From Monocercomonoides exilis PA203 (taxonomy: Eukaryota; Protista; Preaxostyla): a stretch of 64,000 bases of DNA. The DNA is taken from NCBI GenBank assembly GCA_001643675.2, contig LSRY02000008.1, positions 1,860,001 through 1,924,000 on the forward strand. The letters are read 5' to 3'. Position 1 is the stretch's first letter. Each line of letters opens with the position of its first letter. The notes below the pieces were generated by a model. The model was not told where the DNA came from, did no database searches, and was given only the letters and a program-made list of their open reading frames with translations. Position numbers and translations under genes: made by a program. Shown piece after piece: positions 49,401-61,200 of this stretch.

Positions 49401-52400
49401 CTTGCAAGACAGTGGGGCATGCAGTGGGGTCGAGCATGGCGCAGCTGAGCTCCACAATCACGTTGCTGGGTGGGAGGCATGTGAGCGAAGGGGCGACGAT
49501 CAGTGTTGGGGAAAAGAAGATTTCTGTTGTTGGGAGAGGGAAGACAGTGAGTGTGATTGGGACGAATTCTCTTTCTTCGATTTCAACGACGCTGTTCAGT
49601 GTGTCGAGTGGGCAGTTGGAGTCGAAATATTTTTGCTGGCTGAAATAACGGCAAATCCCAGATCTGAAGGAGAGCATCCAATAAAATCATCCGTATTTGC
49701 GCTGGCGCTGCCACAGCCGCCAGAACTGCCGTTGAGATGAAAAAACAAAATTTTGCTGCATCCCTCGTCACCACACTGCACCCCTCCCAATCGCAGTTTT
49801 CATTGCTCCTATCGCATCCCCCGCCGTTTTGGCCCACACAGGAACCCCGATCATCGAAAAATTCTTCTGTTGCAAAACATCCCCAGCTGCGCCCTGCTGA
49901 GAAATAAAATACGGAAAAAAAGACACAAAAAAGGTGCAACACATCAACAGCTCCCTCGAGAGGCAAACAAAATGGCACACCTCCACCACCCTGGCTGAAA
50001 AGATAACATTCTGAAAAGAAACAACGCCACCCACCGACACCAAGCTGCCCCACAAGCCCACTCATACCGCCAACTCACAACACATTTCCAGCACAGCACA
50101 TAGAAAGAGGCATCGCAAACATGCTCCATGCACAGGCACAGCCATCTGGCCGATAAATCGCTGCCCCATTTCCCAGTCAGCCCAGAGGCTCATCACCAGT
50201 ACCACCTCAAGGATCGAGTTGCACCCCTCAGAGGGTGCCATGCGCCGTGTCCACTCCAAGTTGCAAAACTTCTCTCAACACGCTTTCCGCTTTTTCTGTT
50301 TTCATTTGATCTGATTGCATAAACCAATTCCTTATTCTATTTGAGAAAAAATATTTTTTTTTTGTAATTGTAAATATATTTTTATTATTATTTATAAAAA
50401 AGAAAAATGCCATTCCCCCTGGTTTCTGTGTGTCCAGACTCCTCCAAATCCAATTTCTCAGCCATTTCTAAAGAATTCATTTGCGCTGGCTCCTTTCCAA
50501 AGACAATCATGTGTGTTGATTCCCTTATATTTTTTCACACAAGGGAATGCCACACAAACAGACAGATAAAAATATGTTTTGAGTGGAACTGAGCGAAAAA
50601 GAAATCAACGATGTGAATGAGAACAAAACAGAGAATAAAGTGTTTGAAATCCCTCTGAAAAATTACAATATTTTTTTTTGTGAATTTTCAAGGATATTTC
50701 CAATCCCTTCATGCTTATCACAATTCAAATGCAATCCTATCCTTCATCTTCCTTCTCTTGTTCCAACAAGCTCCACACCCTCCATATGTTCTCCATCTCC
50801 CTCTTCTTTCCTCTCCCTTCCAAAAACACAACTGCCCCTCAACCCCTCTCAACAAACACATCTGCTCCATCAGCCATATGCCCATCCAGCATCCTTTCCT
50901 CCGCTTCATCCTCACCCCCCTCCAACAACTGCCTGCCACTCACCATCCTCTCCCATTTCTTCTGTCTGCTTTCCCCAACTTTTCTGCTCCAAAACACACA
51001 GCATCCATCACAACCATCAACATTGCCAACAACCTTGCTGAGCGTGGAATCATCACACCCACAAACACTCCTCACCCCATTTCATTTGCCCAGCCACAAC
51101 ATCTTTCTCTTCACATTTCTTCTTCCTTCTTCCTCCTTCCTTTCCTTTCCATTCCATCTCAATCCCCTGCCTCTCTCTGCTTTTCTTCTTTCATTCTCCC
51201 TTTAAAAGACCCCTCCAAGCAGACTGCCAACTGCCCCTTCCATCACCTTCCTCTTCCTCTTCCTCTTCCTCATTGCAAAGCAGACACATCTCTATCACTC
51301 CCAACAACATCATTCCCTCTTTTTGCTCATTCACAGACACACATTCCCCAAAAAACACAAATATCAAAAGGGAATGCCAAAGGCAACACAACCTTCTCCA
51401 CACACATTTCCCAAGGTTATCAATGATGAGCAGCCACACCACAAGACAAACAACAACTCATATAAAAAAATGATTAATAAATCAACTGACCCTTCTTTCT
51501 CCTCCCCTCACAAACTGAGTTTCATCCGCCATTCCTCCTTGCTCTTTCACCTTCATTTCCCTCTGCTCCCTTCTCCCAACTCGTTCTGGACGAGACATCT
51601 CATTCCTCCATCCCCTCAAAACTCTCCTGTTTTCCCATTCTCCACAAATGCATCCTTCCCGTTTTGCCAGATGTCTTTTTGTCGAATAAAACAAACTGCA
51701 AGAACTGGTTCCACCATTTCTATCAGGAAAAGTGTCTCACCATATCCTCAAATATATTCAAAACCATCTCTCATTCCAAATGGAACATAATTGCATTAAG
51801 ACTTATGAGAAGGCTAAAGAATGTGTATCCTGCTCAAAATCCACTCAGGCACACCAACTGTCAATTCGATCCTTGTTCAGTTCAAAGAACTTCTTTGACA
51901 ATCCCTCTCAAAAAAAAATCCATCCTGTCTTTCCTTCTGCTTCATGCAAGGCTTCATTCACAAACAGATTCTTAATAATTCCTCTTCTCATTTCTCGCCT
52001 TTTGCATTCTCTCTTCTTTCCATACCTTTCCATGGACTCACAACCCTGATGATCGCCAAAGTGCTCACGTGATTGGCCTTGATGACTCCAATTCAAAAAC
52101 CAAGAGCTTTGTGATATTTCCTTTCATTAACAAAAAGGAATGATAAAAAACAATCCTGCTCATTCTCATTGATATATTTTCTTGGGATCAGATGGGCTCT
52201 TCCCAACAATGTTGATGAAGATAACAAATAGAAACAGAAGAAGAAGATGATGATAGAATGGCAGAAAAAGAGAGATATCAGGTGAAGACAAATGCCTTTC
52301 AAACACAAGAGAATCATCTTGTTTTGTCTCTTTGGGATGTTGAGGGATGTTGATCCAATTTCCCAGATCGAGTATTGGCGAATACGAAGAAGAAGAAAAA

Positions 52401-52820
52401 AACGTTTGAAAACATGGAAAGCGAAGATGATGCACAAGTGAAAAAGCGAATTTTGATAAATGAAAATAATCCATTTGTATGTGCTTTGAACTTCACAATA
52501 ATATTGAAAGATGACACCAATATGAGAAGAATAAAGCACATGATCAAAAGTGCAACAATTTTGTGACATGACCAAAACAAGATTTGGCATTGTTATTCTT
52601 TTTCTTTCACTTTTCAACAAAATATAATTTATTCAAGTGATTAACAAGTCATACAGCAATCCAGGTGCTGAATGATGAACGAATGCATTGTCGATGTTTT
52701 CTCCCTCTAATTATCTCATGCTCATCACGAGCACCAGACAGCGGCCATATAGTTAGAAATCAATTTCTTTTCTGCTCATTTGGCATATTAACAACAAGAA
52801 TTGGCAAGGTTGTTGAGTTG
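46465..52820. repeat. Right arm of the ~18-kb inverted duplication
   Basis: Reverse complement of ~34820-41170. Confidence 0.92.
48190..49648 (+). pseudogene. Truncated surface-protein paralog (right-arm copy; 424-aa open frame)
   Basis: ORF 48374-49648 is colinear with the N-terminal domain of the 7107 gene. The 5' part is frameshifted with no signal peptide, and the 3' end is fused at ~49622 to unrelated sequence. Confidence 0.85.
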
Positions 52821-54680
52821 CAAAATTGACTATTCAGATTTCCCCTTTTTCTTGTCCAACCATCCAGTCGTGCAAACAACTCCAATTTCATATCCATTCA
52901 GATGCACATTCAAACTGCGATCATAATTTTCTAACTTGTGAGATTGGTTCTTTTTCACTTCCGCTTGCTTCTTCTTCATCTCTTTCTTTCTGTTTCCATC
53001 TCTTTTCTCTCCACGAACATTTCAAGCCCATTCACACTCCACGAGTGAATTTCCTCGCACATTCATCACCGCCGTTGAACACACCACATGCTCCACATTC
53101 TATCATGCACTCCACAAAGCAGCTCCTTTGTACGTCACTTCTCTTTTCATTCAATCCACAAAACTTCATCATCATATCGCAAGCTCTTCAAAAGCCAACA
53201 ACAATTTCATCCACCAGAATCATCAGGAAATGGATAGAAATTCAATCACAACCGCAAGAAACTTCCACATTTCTGTTTCTTTTTTTGGACCGAACCAACA
53301 AACATTAACCCCATTTTCTTAAACAAAAAATCAAAAACAAAATATAAGCAAGCCCAACTCCAAATCATTTCAATCATTCACAACACCAGAAGAATCTTTT
53401 AAGAAAAGATGAGTTGTTTTTTCTCACTTTCCTCTCTGCTCATCAATTTCGAGCTCCTTTGTTGAGTCTGCCCAAAACAAGCCATCTCTCATCATCTGTC
53501 CTATCAAAACACACTCTTCCACACAACCATGAAGAACAACGCTCCTCCCCTTGCCAATCCACCAGACTTCTTTTCTCCTTTTCCGATCCATTATGGTGGA
53601 GATGACAAAGAAGGAGAAGCAAAACGGAGTGATGATAAAACACCTGATCATTTCTTGTCCAAACTGATGTTTCTGTTCCGATGCCTCAGATGCCAGATTC
53701 CCCAACAGCCATGCAAGGAAACCATCTTCATTCACACAAGAAAGACCGATTCGATTCCAAAGATGCCTCTTTCATGTGATTGAAGAAGGCAGAAATGATA
53801 TTCTTTAATAAAACGGAAGAAAATAATATAATTCAACAGAAACATTCATCCAGAACATCCATCAGTTCCTCTCAGACCACTTCCACAGAAGTTCAACATC
53901 AAAGAATTGGAAAGGTCTCCATCAAACAGAGCATAAACAAACAATTCTGGATTCAATTTTGAGGAATGCATTGCTCGAACAACTTCTTCATAAAAACATG
54001 TTCACCCAATTCTTTTTTGTGTGTCGATATTCTAATCACAACAATCATTAACTACAGTATAAAAATAAAAATAATAATAAAAATAAAAATAAAAATAAAA
54101 ATAAAACAAGCAAACAATATGGATAGAAATAATAAATGGTGAATTAAAAATTAAAGTTGATGAAGTGAAATGCAATGAGATGAAATAGTGAGTTTGTTTT
54201 ATAATACTTATAAAATGAATGCATATATAATGTATTTCATTCAAAAGCAATTTCATTACATATATATTACAGTTAAAAAAAAAAAGAAAAAAAAAATGAA
54301 ATGCTACATAGTGATGAAAGAGATGGCTTTTTCAAAACATTGGATAAAGCTTGGCACCCACTGTCTTGTGTTCAATAAAACATAGTGAAAATATATAGAA
54401 TGAAAATGAAAATGATTAAAATGAGGAATCAAATTGGCATAGTTATTTCAACTCTTCTCTTTCAGAACATGCAGCAAAAAGTTTGATTGGGAGGGTCTTT
54501 CATTTCACAATTGAACAGATTTTCAAGGAGTAATACAATTCCATCAGTGCTTTTGCCAGTCGAAAGTTCTTTCATATTATTGTTCTTTCTGATTTCAGGG
54601 TTTCATTCTCCCCTCCCTCACATCCTCCTTCGTTTTCTGAAGCAACCACAACCATATTATCTGCCATATTCAATGCTGCA

Positions 54681-57254
54681 CTATCCCGCATCGAGCAACC
54701 CCATTTCAACAATATCCCAAACAATTTCTGATTTATCTTTTCTTTTCTGATTTCTCTTTTTCTTTTTCTTCCTCCTCTTTTGCTTCTCTTCACCTTTCGA
54801 ACTTTCCTCACCATTCAAACATCCATCAACATCTGTCAATTTCCCCTCCTCTTCAAACCCTTCGCACTCTTTCATCATTTCTTCTCCTTCAGCTTCTTTA
54901 GAAACCCTCCTTCTTTTTTCTGGAGCTCCTCCAATTTCCTTCATCACACTTTCCTCCTCTTCTCTTTCTTCTTCCATCATCCTCTTCATCCCTTGCTCTT
55001 CTGAATCCTCTCCAATCATCGAAAAATGGCTGTGTGGTGCTGAACATATCCCAATATAATATTCTGTCGGCTTTCCAGTTCTTCCATCATCTGCAGCTGC
55101 AACCCCACCCAACTCCTCCAATCCAATCTCACATCCTTCCCTCTCATCCCCAAATTCATCAGTCTCTTCCTCTTGCCTTCGTTTCTTCCCCTTCCTTCTC
55201 TTCCCCTTTTTCATTTTTCCATCTCTTTTTCGCACATTCTCATCTTCCTTTCTTCTTGCTCCAGTCTCCGTTCCTTCTTCCTCTCCACCACCAAGAAGCG
55301 AAGCAACTGTTTGTATTTCAACATAATTCACTGGCACCACCTCGATCACTCCCTCGCAATCAAATGAATTTTCAACCATTTCTTTGTTCTCACACACCTC
55401 CAGCTCTTCGCCTTTCTCTGATTGCACTCCCATCACATTTCCCGTTTCTCCTGTCAATAATGTTCGCATCTCTTCTTCCTCCTCTTCCTCCTCAACTCTT
55501 TCTGCAACATCTTCTTTTCTCCATTCCCCTCTCCCAATATTCTTTGATTCTTCAATATCTCCATCTTCAACTCTCCATCCATCTCTGTTCCGCTTCTTTC
55601 TCTGTTGCACAACAACCACAACAATCACAAATAACAGAATTGCAACTATTACAATACACCCAATAAACGCAAACAAACTCCATTCCATTTTTTCCTCTCC
55701 TTTTGAAATAATTTCATCTCCTTTTGGTTCAGTCTCACTTTTGTTCTTCAGAATAAATGGCTGTGTCGATGAAGGAGATTCTGCATTCCCAAACAAAATA
55801 AACACACTCACCTCAACATCATTTCCACAACTGCTGATGAGATCTTTTGCAATACTTCCTTCAACTTTTCTTTCTGATAAGAATCCATTTGAAACAAAAT
55901 CATGTTGTTCAATCTTTTTCTCTTCACCTTTGCTCTTCACAACTGAGAACGACAGATTGCACGGAACAAGAAGCATTCCTTTGAATGTCAGCTTCATTCT
56001 GTTTGCTTCTTCTTTTGCTTCCACACTTTCCAACACAGGAATGAAGAATGATGAATCCCTTTCTGAAGCAATCCCTTCAAACTTGCACCCTTCATTCAAC
56101 ATCCAAAGTGATGAATTTGGCAAAACTCCATCTCCTCCTTTCAAACTCATCACATTCAATGTTCCTGAATCTGAACAGATGATATTTCTTCTCAACAATG
56201 GATATCCTTCAATTGATGGGTTGTTATTCAAAAATTCTCCTTTCTCAATATTCACATTCCCTCCGCTCACCCACAATCCTCCTGCCTTGCTGGCTCTGAT
56301 TGTTGTTTCCCTCATCACCACATTGCTGTTTTCAATGTCAACCAATGACCCATTCCATTTGCATAATTCATCTTTTCCCTTGTTTCCTTCGTTCACTGTC
56401 TCTGCTTCTTTCTCCTCTTTCTCTCCATCAAACGCACATGCCTCAACCTTCACTTCCTTGGATCGTCTTATCTGCATCATGCTTCCCTTCTCCACCGAAT
56501 TCGCACATTTTCCAAACGAGCAGTTCAATGCGCTCGCTTCTTGCTCAGCATCTTCCACCGCAACAACACAGCTTTTTGATGCTACAGTCACATTCTCAAT
56601 GACCATCACTTTCATCACCACCTTCGCTTTCCCTCCAACACTCACAACATCTCCTTCACATTTGATGTTCAAAATGCTTGTTTCAAGCAGTGTCACATTC
56701 GATTTTTCATTGAAGGAAAGCAATGCTGTTGTTGAGTGCAAATCACTGAATGCTGTTTCCGATATCCTCAGCTCTCCGCTTTCCACGCCCACAACCGAAC
56801 TGTTCAGCTTCATATCAACCGTTGTTGCTGATGAGTAGAACTCGCATTTTTGGATCTCCATAGACCCGTTCTTCACTTTCATGATGTAGCTGTGAGAAGC
56901 CTCAAACGTATCTTCAAACTCGAATGAGCACCTCTCAACTGCGCTTTCATTTATAAACTCCATGATGCAATCCTTCTCTGCTGATTTCGCTATATCCGAT
57001 TTCAGCTTCACAATCGCCTGAGACTTTTTGTATGAGTTCACATTCAGATCTCCAATCGCACATTCCTTTGTCACAGTCCCTTCTCCGTCAATCAGAATCG
57101 CATTCATCACTCCTTGCTCAATGTGTTCAATCGCTTCGTTGATGCTGCTGCATGGATTGCTCTGAGCTCCGCATCGTCTGCCATCCTCCCCCAACCCATT
57201 CAAAAACACTTGAAGGCCTTTGAAGAATGTGATCCGAGGAATAACATCCATGTC
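54681..57254 (-). CDS. C-terminal half of a beta-helix surface protein (TM plus Glu/Lys-rich tail), interrupted by the DIRS element
   Basis: CGAQSNPCSS motif. Juxtamembrane LRRNIICSDSGTLNVMSLKGGDG is shared with the 4299-aa protein. TM FAFIGCIVIVAILLFVIVVVVV. Joins in frame to 61958-64000 when 57255-61957 is removed. Confidence 0.88.
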   Translation of the reverse strand, partial: DMDVIPRITFFKGLQVFLNGLGEDGRRCGAQSNPCSSINEAIEHIEQGVMNAILIDGEGTVTKECAIGDLNVNSYKKSQAIVKLKSDIAKSAEKDCIMEFINESAVERCSFEFEDTFEASHSYIMKVKNGSMEIQKCEFYSSATTVDMKLNSSVVGVESGELRISETAFSDLHSTTALLSFNEKSNVTLLETSILNIKCEGDVVSVGGKAKVVMKVMVIENVTVASKSCVVAVEDAEQEASALNCSFGKCANSVEKGSMMQIRRSKEVKVEACAFDGEKEEKEAETVNEGNKGKDELCKWNGSLVDIENSNVVMRETTIRASKAGGLWVSGGNVNIEKGEFLNNNPSIEGYPLLRRNIICSDSGTLNVMSLKGGDGVLPNSSLWMLNEGCKFEGIASERDSSFFIPVLESVEAKEEANRMKLTFKGMLLVPCNLSFSVVKSKGEEKKIEQHDFVSNGFLSERKVEGSIAKDLISSCGNDVEVSVFILFGNAESPSSTQPFILKNKSETEPKGDEIISKGEEKMEWSLFAFIGCIVIVAILLFVIVVVVVQQRKKRNRDGWRVEDGDIEESKNIGRGEWRKEDVAERVEEEEEEEEMRTLLTGETGNVMGVQSEKGEELEVCENKEMVENSFDCEGVIEVVPVNYVEIQTVASLLGGGEEEGTETGARRKEDENVRKRDGKMKKGKRRKGKKRRQEEETDEFGDEREGCEIGLEELGGVAAADDGRTGKPTEYYIGICSAPHSHFSMIGEDSEEQGMKRMMEEEREEEESVMKEIGGAPEKRRRVSKEAEGEEMMKECEGFEEEGKLTDVDGCLNGEESSKGEEKQKRRKKKKKRNQKRKDKSEIVWDIVEMGLLDAG

Positions 57255-57357
57255 ATCAAAGCGCAAGCACTTTGATTTAAAAGAAAACATTCTCTCACTT
57301 CCTTCTCTTCTATTTACGAGAGATCATCACTTAAGGGTCAGTCACGATCACTGATCT
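57255..57357 (+). repeat. DIRS left inverted terminal repeat
   Basis: 57293-57345 is the exact reverse complement of 61887-61939 (53 bp). 57255-57323 pairs with the ICR. Confidence 0.93.
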
Positions 57358-57361
57358 AAAA

Positions 57362-58201
57362 ATGATGATCCCTAACAATCCTCTGGGAACAGGACTTGCG
57401 GCCGAACCGAGCGCAGCTGCGCTGCCTGGTGGTCCAACAAGCGGGTTTCCGACATTTCCCGGACCCTTTTCCGCTTCCCAACCTTCTTCTATTTCATCCT
57501 CACTCTCCCCACCTTCTACCACCCTTGGCGAAGAAAAAGAAGAAGAAATTACACTGGAAAATTCGTTTCTTAAAATATTTGGTAGAGCACCGGAATTATC
57601 GTTATATGATCTTCCATTACCGGAACAGGAGATAAATGACTTGGTTGCTTCGTTGAAGACAGAAGACTTATCCCCTTTCCTCCCTAATGCGCCTCCACCT
57701 TTTGTAAGGACTACCAGTCCGTACAAAGACGCCTTAGATCAAGCAGGAGAAAGATGTGAGACGTTTCTTTACCCCGCAATGAAACTTATTTTATTTGCCC
57801 ATACGAAAACAAAAGATGATGAAGCTCAGAGTGCCGTAGCGCAAGCATGTTTACTGCTTGCACAAGCCTTGAAAGAAGCCAGAAACGCTCGCATCCAAGC
57901 GAGATTTGGATTTACCGAAGCAGCGAGAATGAAAGAGGATTCAGCATCACCGCTCCTAACGAAAAGGCAAAGTGATTTATTGGAAGAGGTCAGGAAAACC
58001 TCACAATCAACAGCGAAAAGATGGACTTCGTTCTCATTTAATTCCAAATCCTTTGGCAAAAGCAGATATGGAAAACATGAAAGCTACCAACGCCCTCGGT
58101 TTTTTCGTTCGGGTCCCCGGTCGTGGGCAGGGAGAAAAACCTCAAATACATACCGCAGAAGTCCTTCTCAAACGCGATCCAGGGGAACGGGAACCAACTA
58201 A
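57362..58201 (+). CDS. DIRS ORF1, putative Gag (279 aa)
   Basis: First ORF after the left ITR. Pro/Ser-rich N-terminus, helical core, Arg/Ser-rich basic C-terminus. Assigned by position. Confidence 0.75.
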   Translation: MMIPNNPLGTGLAAEPSAAALPGGPTSGFPTFPGPFSASQPSSISSSLSPPSTTLGEEKEEEITLENSFLKIFGRAPELSLYDLPLPEQEINDLVASLKTEDLSPFLPNAPPPFVRTTSPYKDALDQAGERCETFLYPAMKLILFAHTKTKDDEAQSAVAQACLLLAQALKEARNARIQARFGFTEAARMKEDSASPLLTKRQSDLLEEVRKTSQSTAKRWTSFSFNSKSFGKSRYGKHESYQRPRFFRSGPRSWAGRKTSNTYRRSPSQTRSRGTGTN

Positions 58202-61200
58202 GCCAGTCACCTTCAATTGTTGGAGGAAGAACGGAATATTTTCGAGAAGCGTGGAGAATGATAGATGGAGAGAAGTTGGTAAAAAGAGGCGTCATTCCAA
58301 TTTGGAAAAACAGGATAGCCAGGGAGAAATTACTAAACTCAAAAATGGAAACATACAGCCCCCATCAATCAGGGGAAGCAACCAAAGCGATGGCAAAGCT
58401 GATCCAGAATCAGCTCGAAACGAACATAATACAAAAAATACAGAAAAGAAAGGTGAAACATTTAAATCCAGTGTTTGTGATAAAGAAAAAACAAGGGGGA
58501 TGGAGACAAATTATCGATTGCAGAGCGTTGAACAATGCAACGAAGTCAATCCATTTCAAACTGGAGGATTACAGGTCACTAGAACGAATTATAACAAGAG
58601 GAGATTATGCAACAACTTTAGACCTAAGCCAGGCCTACTATTTAGTGAAAGTGGACGACAACTTCAAGCCGTTTCTTGCGTTCGAATTCAACGAAAATTA
58701 CTACTGTTTCAACGGAATGCCATTTGGATACAAAGATTCTCCAAGAATCTTTACAAAAATCATGAGGAAGGTGATACAATTCATCCGGGAGCAATGGAAC
58801 GTAAGAGCAATCGCGTACCTCGACGATATTATTCTTCTTCACCAAGACCAAAAGAAATTAAAATGGATAACTCAGAAAGTCGTTTCTCTTTTCGAAAGCC
58901 TTGGTCTTCTGGTAAACACAGAAAAGAGTCATTTGATTCCCTCACAAACTTTCACCTATTTGGGTTTCGAGTGGAACACGCACCAGTTCAATGTAGCTCT
59001 GGAAATGATGAGAACGAAAGAACTTATAAAGGAATGTACCAGATGGAGGAGGAGGTCCCTCAGAGCGAAAGAAGTGAGAGTAAGAGACCTTGCAGCGTTC
59101 ATTGGAAAGCTGAACGCTACAAGGTTCGTGGTTCGAGAAGCTTCTCTGTTTCTCTCAGATCTTTATCGCACTTTAAACAAAATGGTTTCGATGGTGGGAT
59201 GGAGAGGGAAGATGAGGATCAACCAGTCCATTCTCCCCAATCTAACCAAATGGATATCGAGGTTGAAAACCAACACGCCAAGACAACTATGCCCACTCTT
59301 TCTTCCAGATGCAACACTTACGACGGATGCTTCCAGAAAAGCTGTTGGAGCTTATTTAAGAATCGGAAACAGTATTTTGGATTTTCATCGCAGACTCCCC
59401 CTATTGGCAACGAAATCAAAGTTCAAACTATCGGGAGATGTTCGCAATTTTGTCAGCTCTAACTCACTTCTCCCCAATTCTGTTATCCAATCGCATCCAC
59501 AAACTACTTATCAGATCGGACAACTCAACATCGGTGTTCAACCTGAACAGGTGGCGGGCAGGAGCGAATTTGAGAAGACTCCTATTGAAGATTTGGAAAC
59601 AAACGCACACGATGCAGATTCAAGTGAAAGCGCAACACATCCCCGGTCAAAGAAACGAAAGGGCCGATTCTCTTTCCAGGCTAGAAAGGGGAGGCGACTA
59701 TCAGATAAAGCAAGAATCCTACAAGGAGCTTGTAACGAAGATGAGATTGAACATAACGTTGGACGCTTTCGCCACAAAACAAAACAAGAAAGTGAGCAGA
59801 TGGTGCGGGCCAGGAAGCCCGATAAACGAAGACGGTCTGCAGCAGCCTTGGCGAGGAGAGACAGTTCTTGCTCATCCTCCAATTCCTCTCATTCTTCCGA
59901 CAATCAGGAAAATGATTCTCGAACGAGCTCGAGGTCTTCTCCTTCTTCCCGATTGGAAGGGACAAATATGGGAGCCGTTGTTGAAAAGAACGACCCATAT
60001 AGAATGGATGTGGAAGAGCCAGAGCGAACTTCTTACCCCGGGACCATGGATGAAGAGGATGGATGCTTGCCTGCCACCAGGGAAGCTTCGAGTTGTACTG
60101 ATGAATCCTTAGCGATCAATGGAGAACACTGGTTCAAAGGAGTTTTGCAAACAAGAGGATTTCCAATGGATATATGTGATCTGTGCAAATCCAGTCTTTC
60201 GCCTTCGACGTGGCATGGGTACTTACTCAGTTATGCTCATTTCGGAGACCAGTGGACAAACTGCGGCTATGGTCTTTCTGTTGGAGATTGGTTCAATTGG
60301 GTCGTTAGATGTGCCGATGTTTTCCTTAAGCTTTTCAACAAGGGGCTGAAGGAGCAATCCCTTTGTAAAATACGATCTGCCATCTCTCTCATTTCTCAAT
60401 TATTATTCGAGAGAAGTTTGGGAGATTACCCGCTTATGAAGCTTCTCTTCCGATCATTTAAAAGATTGGAAAGGAGGAAGAAGAAAAATAAGCCTGATAT
60501 ATGGAACCCCAAAATACTTCTTGATTATATATCGGGGCTAGGCGAGAACGCGAACTTATCCTTCACTACTCTCACGAAGAAAACAATTTGTCTTTGCATG
60601 CTATTCTCCGCCTGCCGGTTCACCGAGCTCGAGCGGATCAGTCTGAAAACATTCTGCAGTGAGAGAAGATTCAATTGCATTGGATACTTCGCTGAAAACA
60701 GGACCCGAAAGAACAGACATTATAATACCGTTTCTCACAGATACTCCTTCAATATGTCCTGCCTCAGCAGTGTGTGAATTGTGGTCCAGAATAAGCAAAC
60801 TTCAAGACAACCCTGACCACTTGTTTATTAACGATCGCACAAAGATTCCACTTTCCGCAAGAGTGCTGAGAAAACTTGTTGCAAATCTCCTTCACGAGAC
60901 AGGTATACCGAATTATTTTGGTCCTTACTCGATAAAGCATGCTTCAATATCTGCATTGACAATGGCTGGACTACCAATAGCGCAAGTGGCAAAGTTCGCA
61001 AGGCTGTCTCCACGAAGCGATACCATTATTAATTACTATTTTCAAAAAGATATCGCCACATCCTGTGCGAAAGTGATTGCAGATCAAGCGGCTATTAATG
61101 CAACTTCCTCCCAGACCCAGTCATCACCTTTAAGTCTGCAAACCCTTCGCAAACCAAAAATTACTTTTGATGACAATTCAAGTTCAGAAGATATTGAGGA

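Noticed and set aside
53424-53990. Possible KDZ-type transposase remnant (GNLASEASEQ)
   Set aside because: Only a vague short-motif resemblance in disrupted frames; not supportable without a profile search.
58123-60777. 884-aa ORF as a natural RT-recombinase fusion protein
   Set aside because: It results from the extra C at 59397-59401, which moves the RT frame into the overlapping YR frame. The RNase H motifs continue in the next frame.
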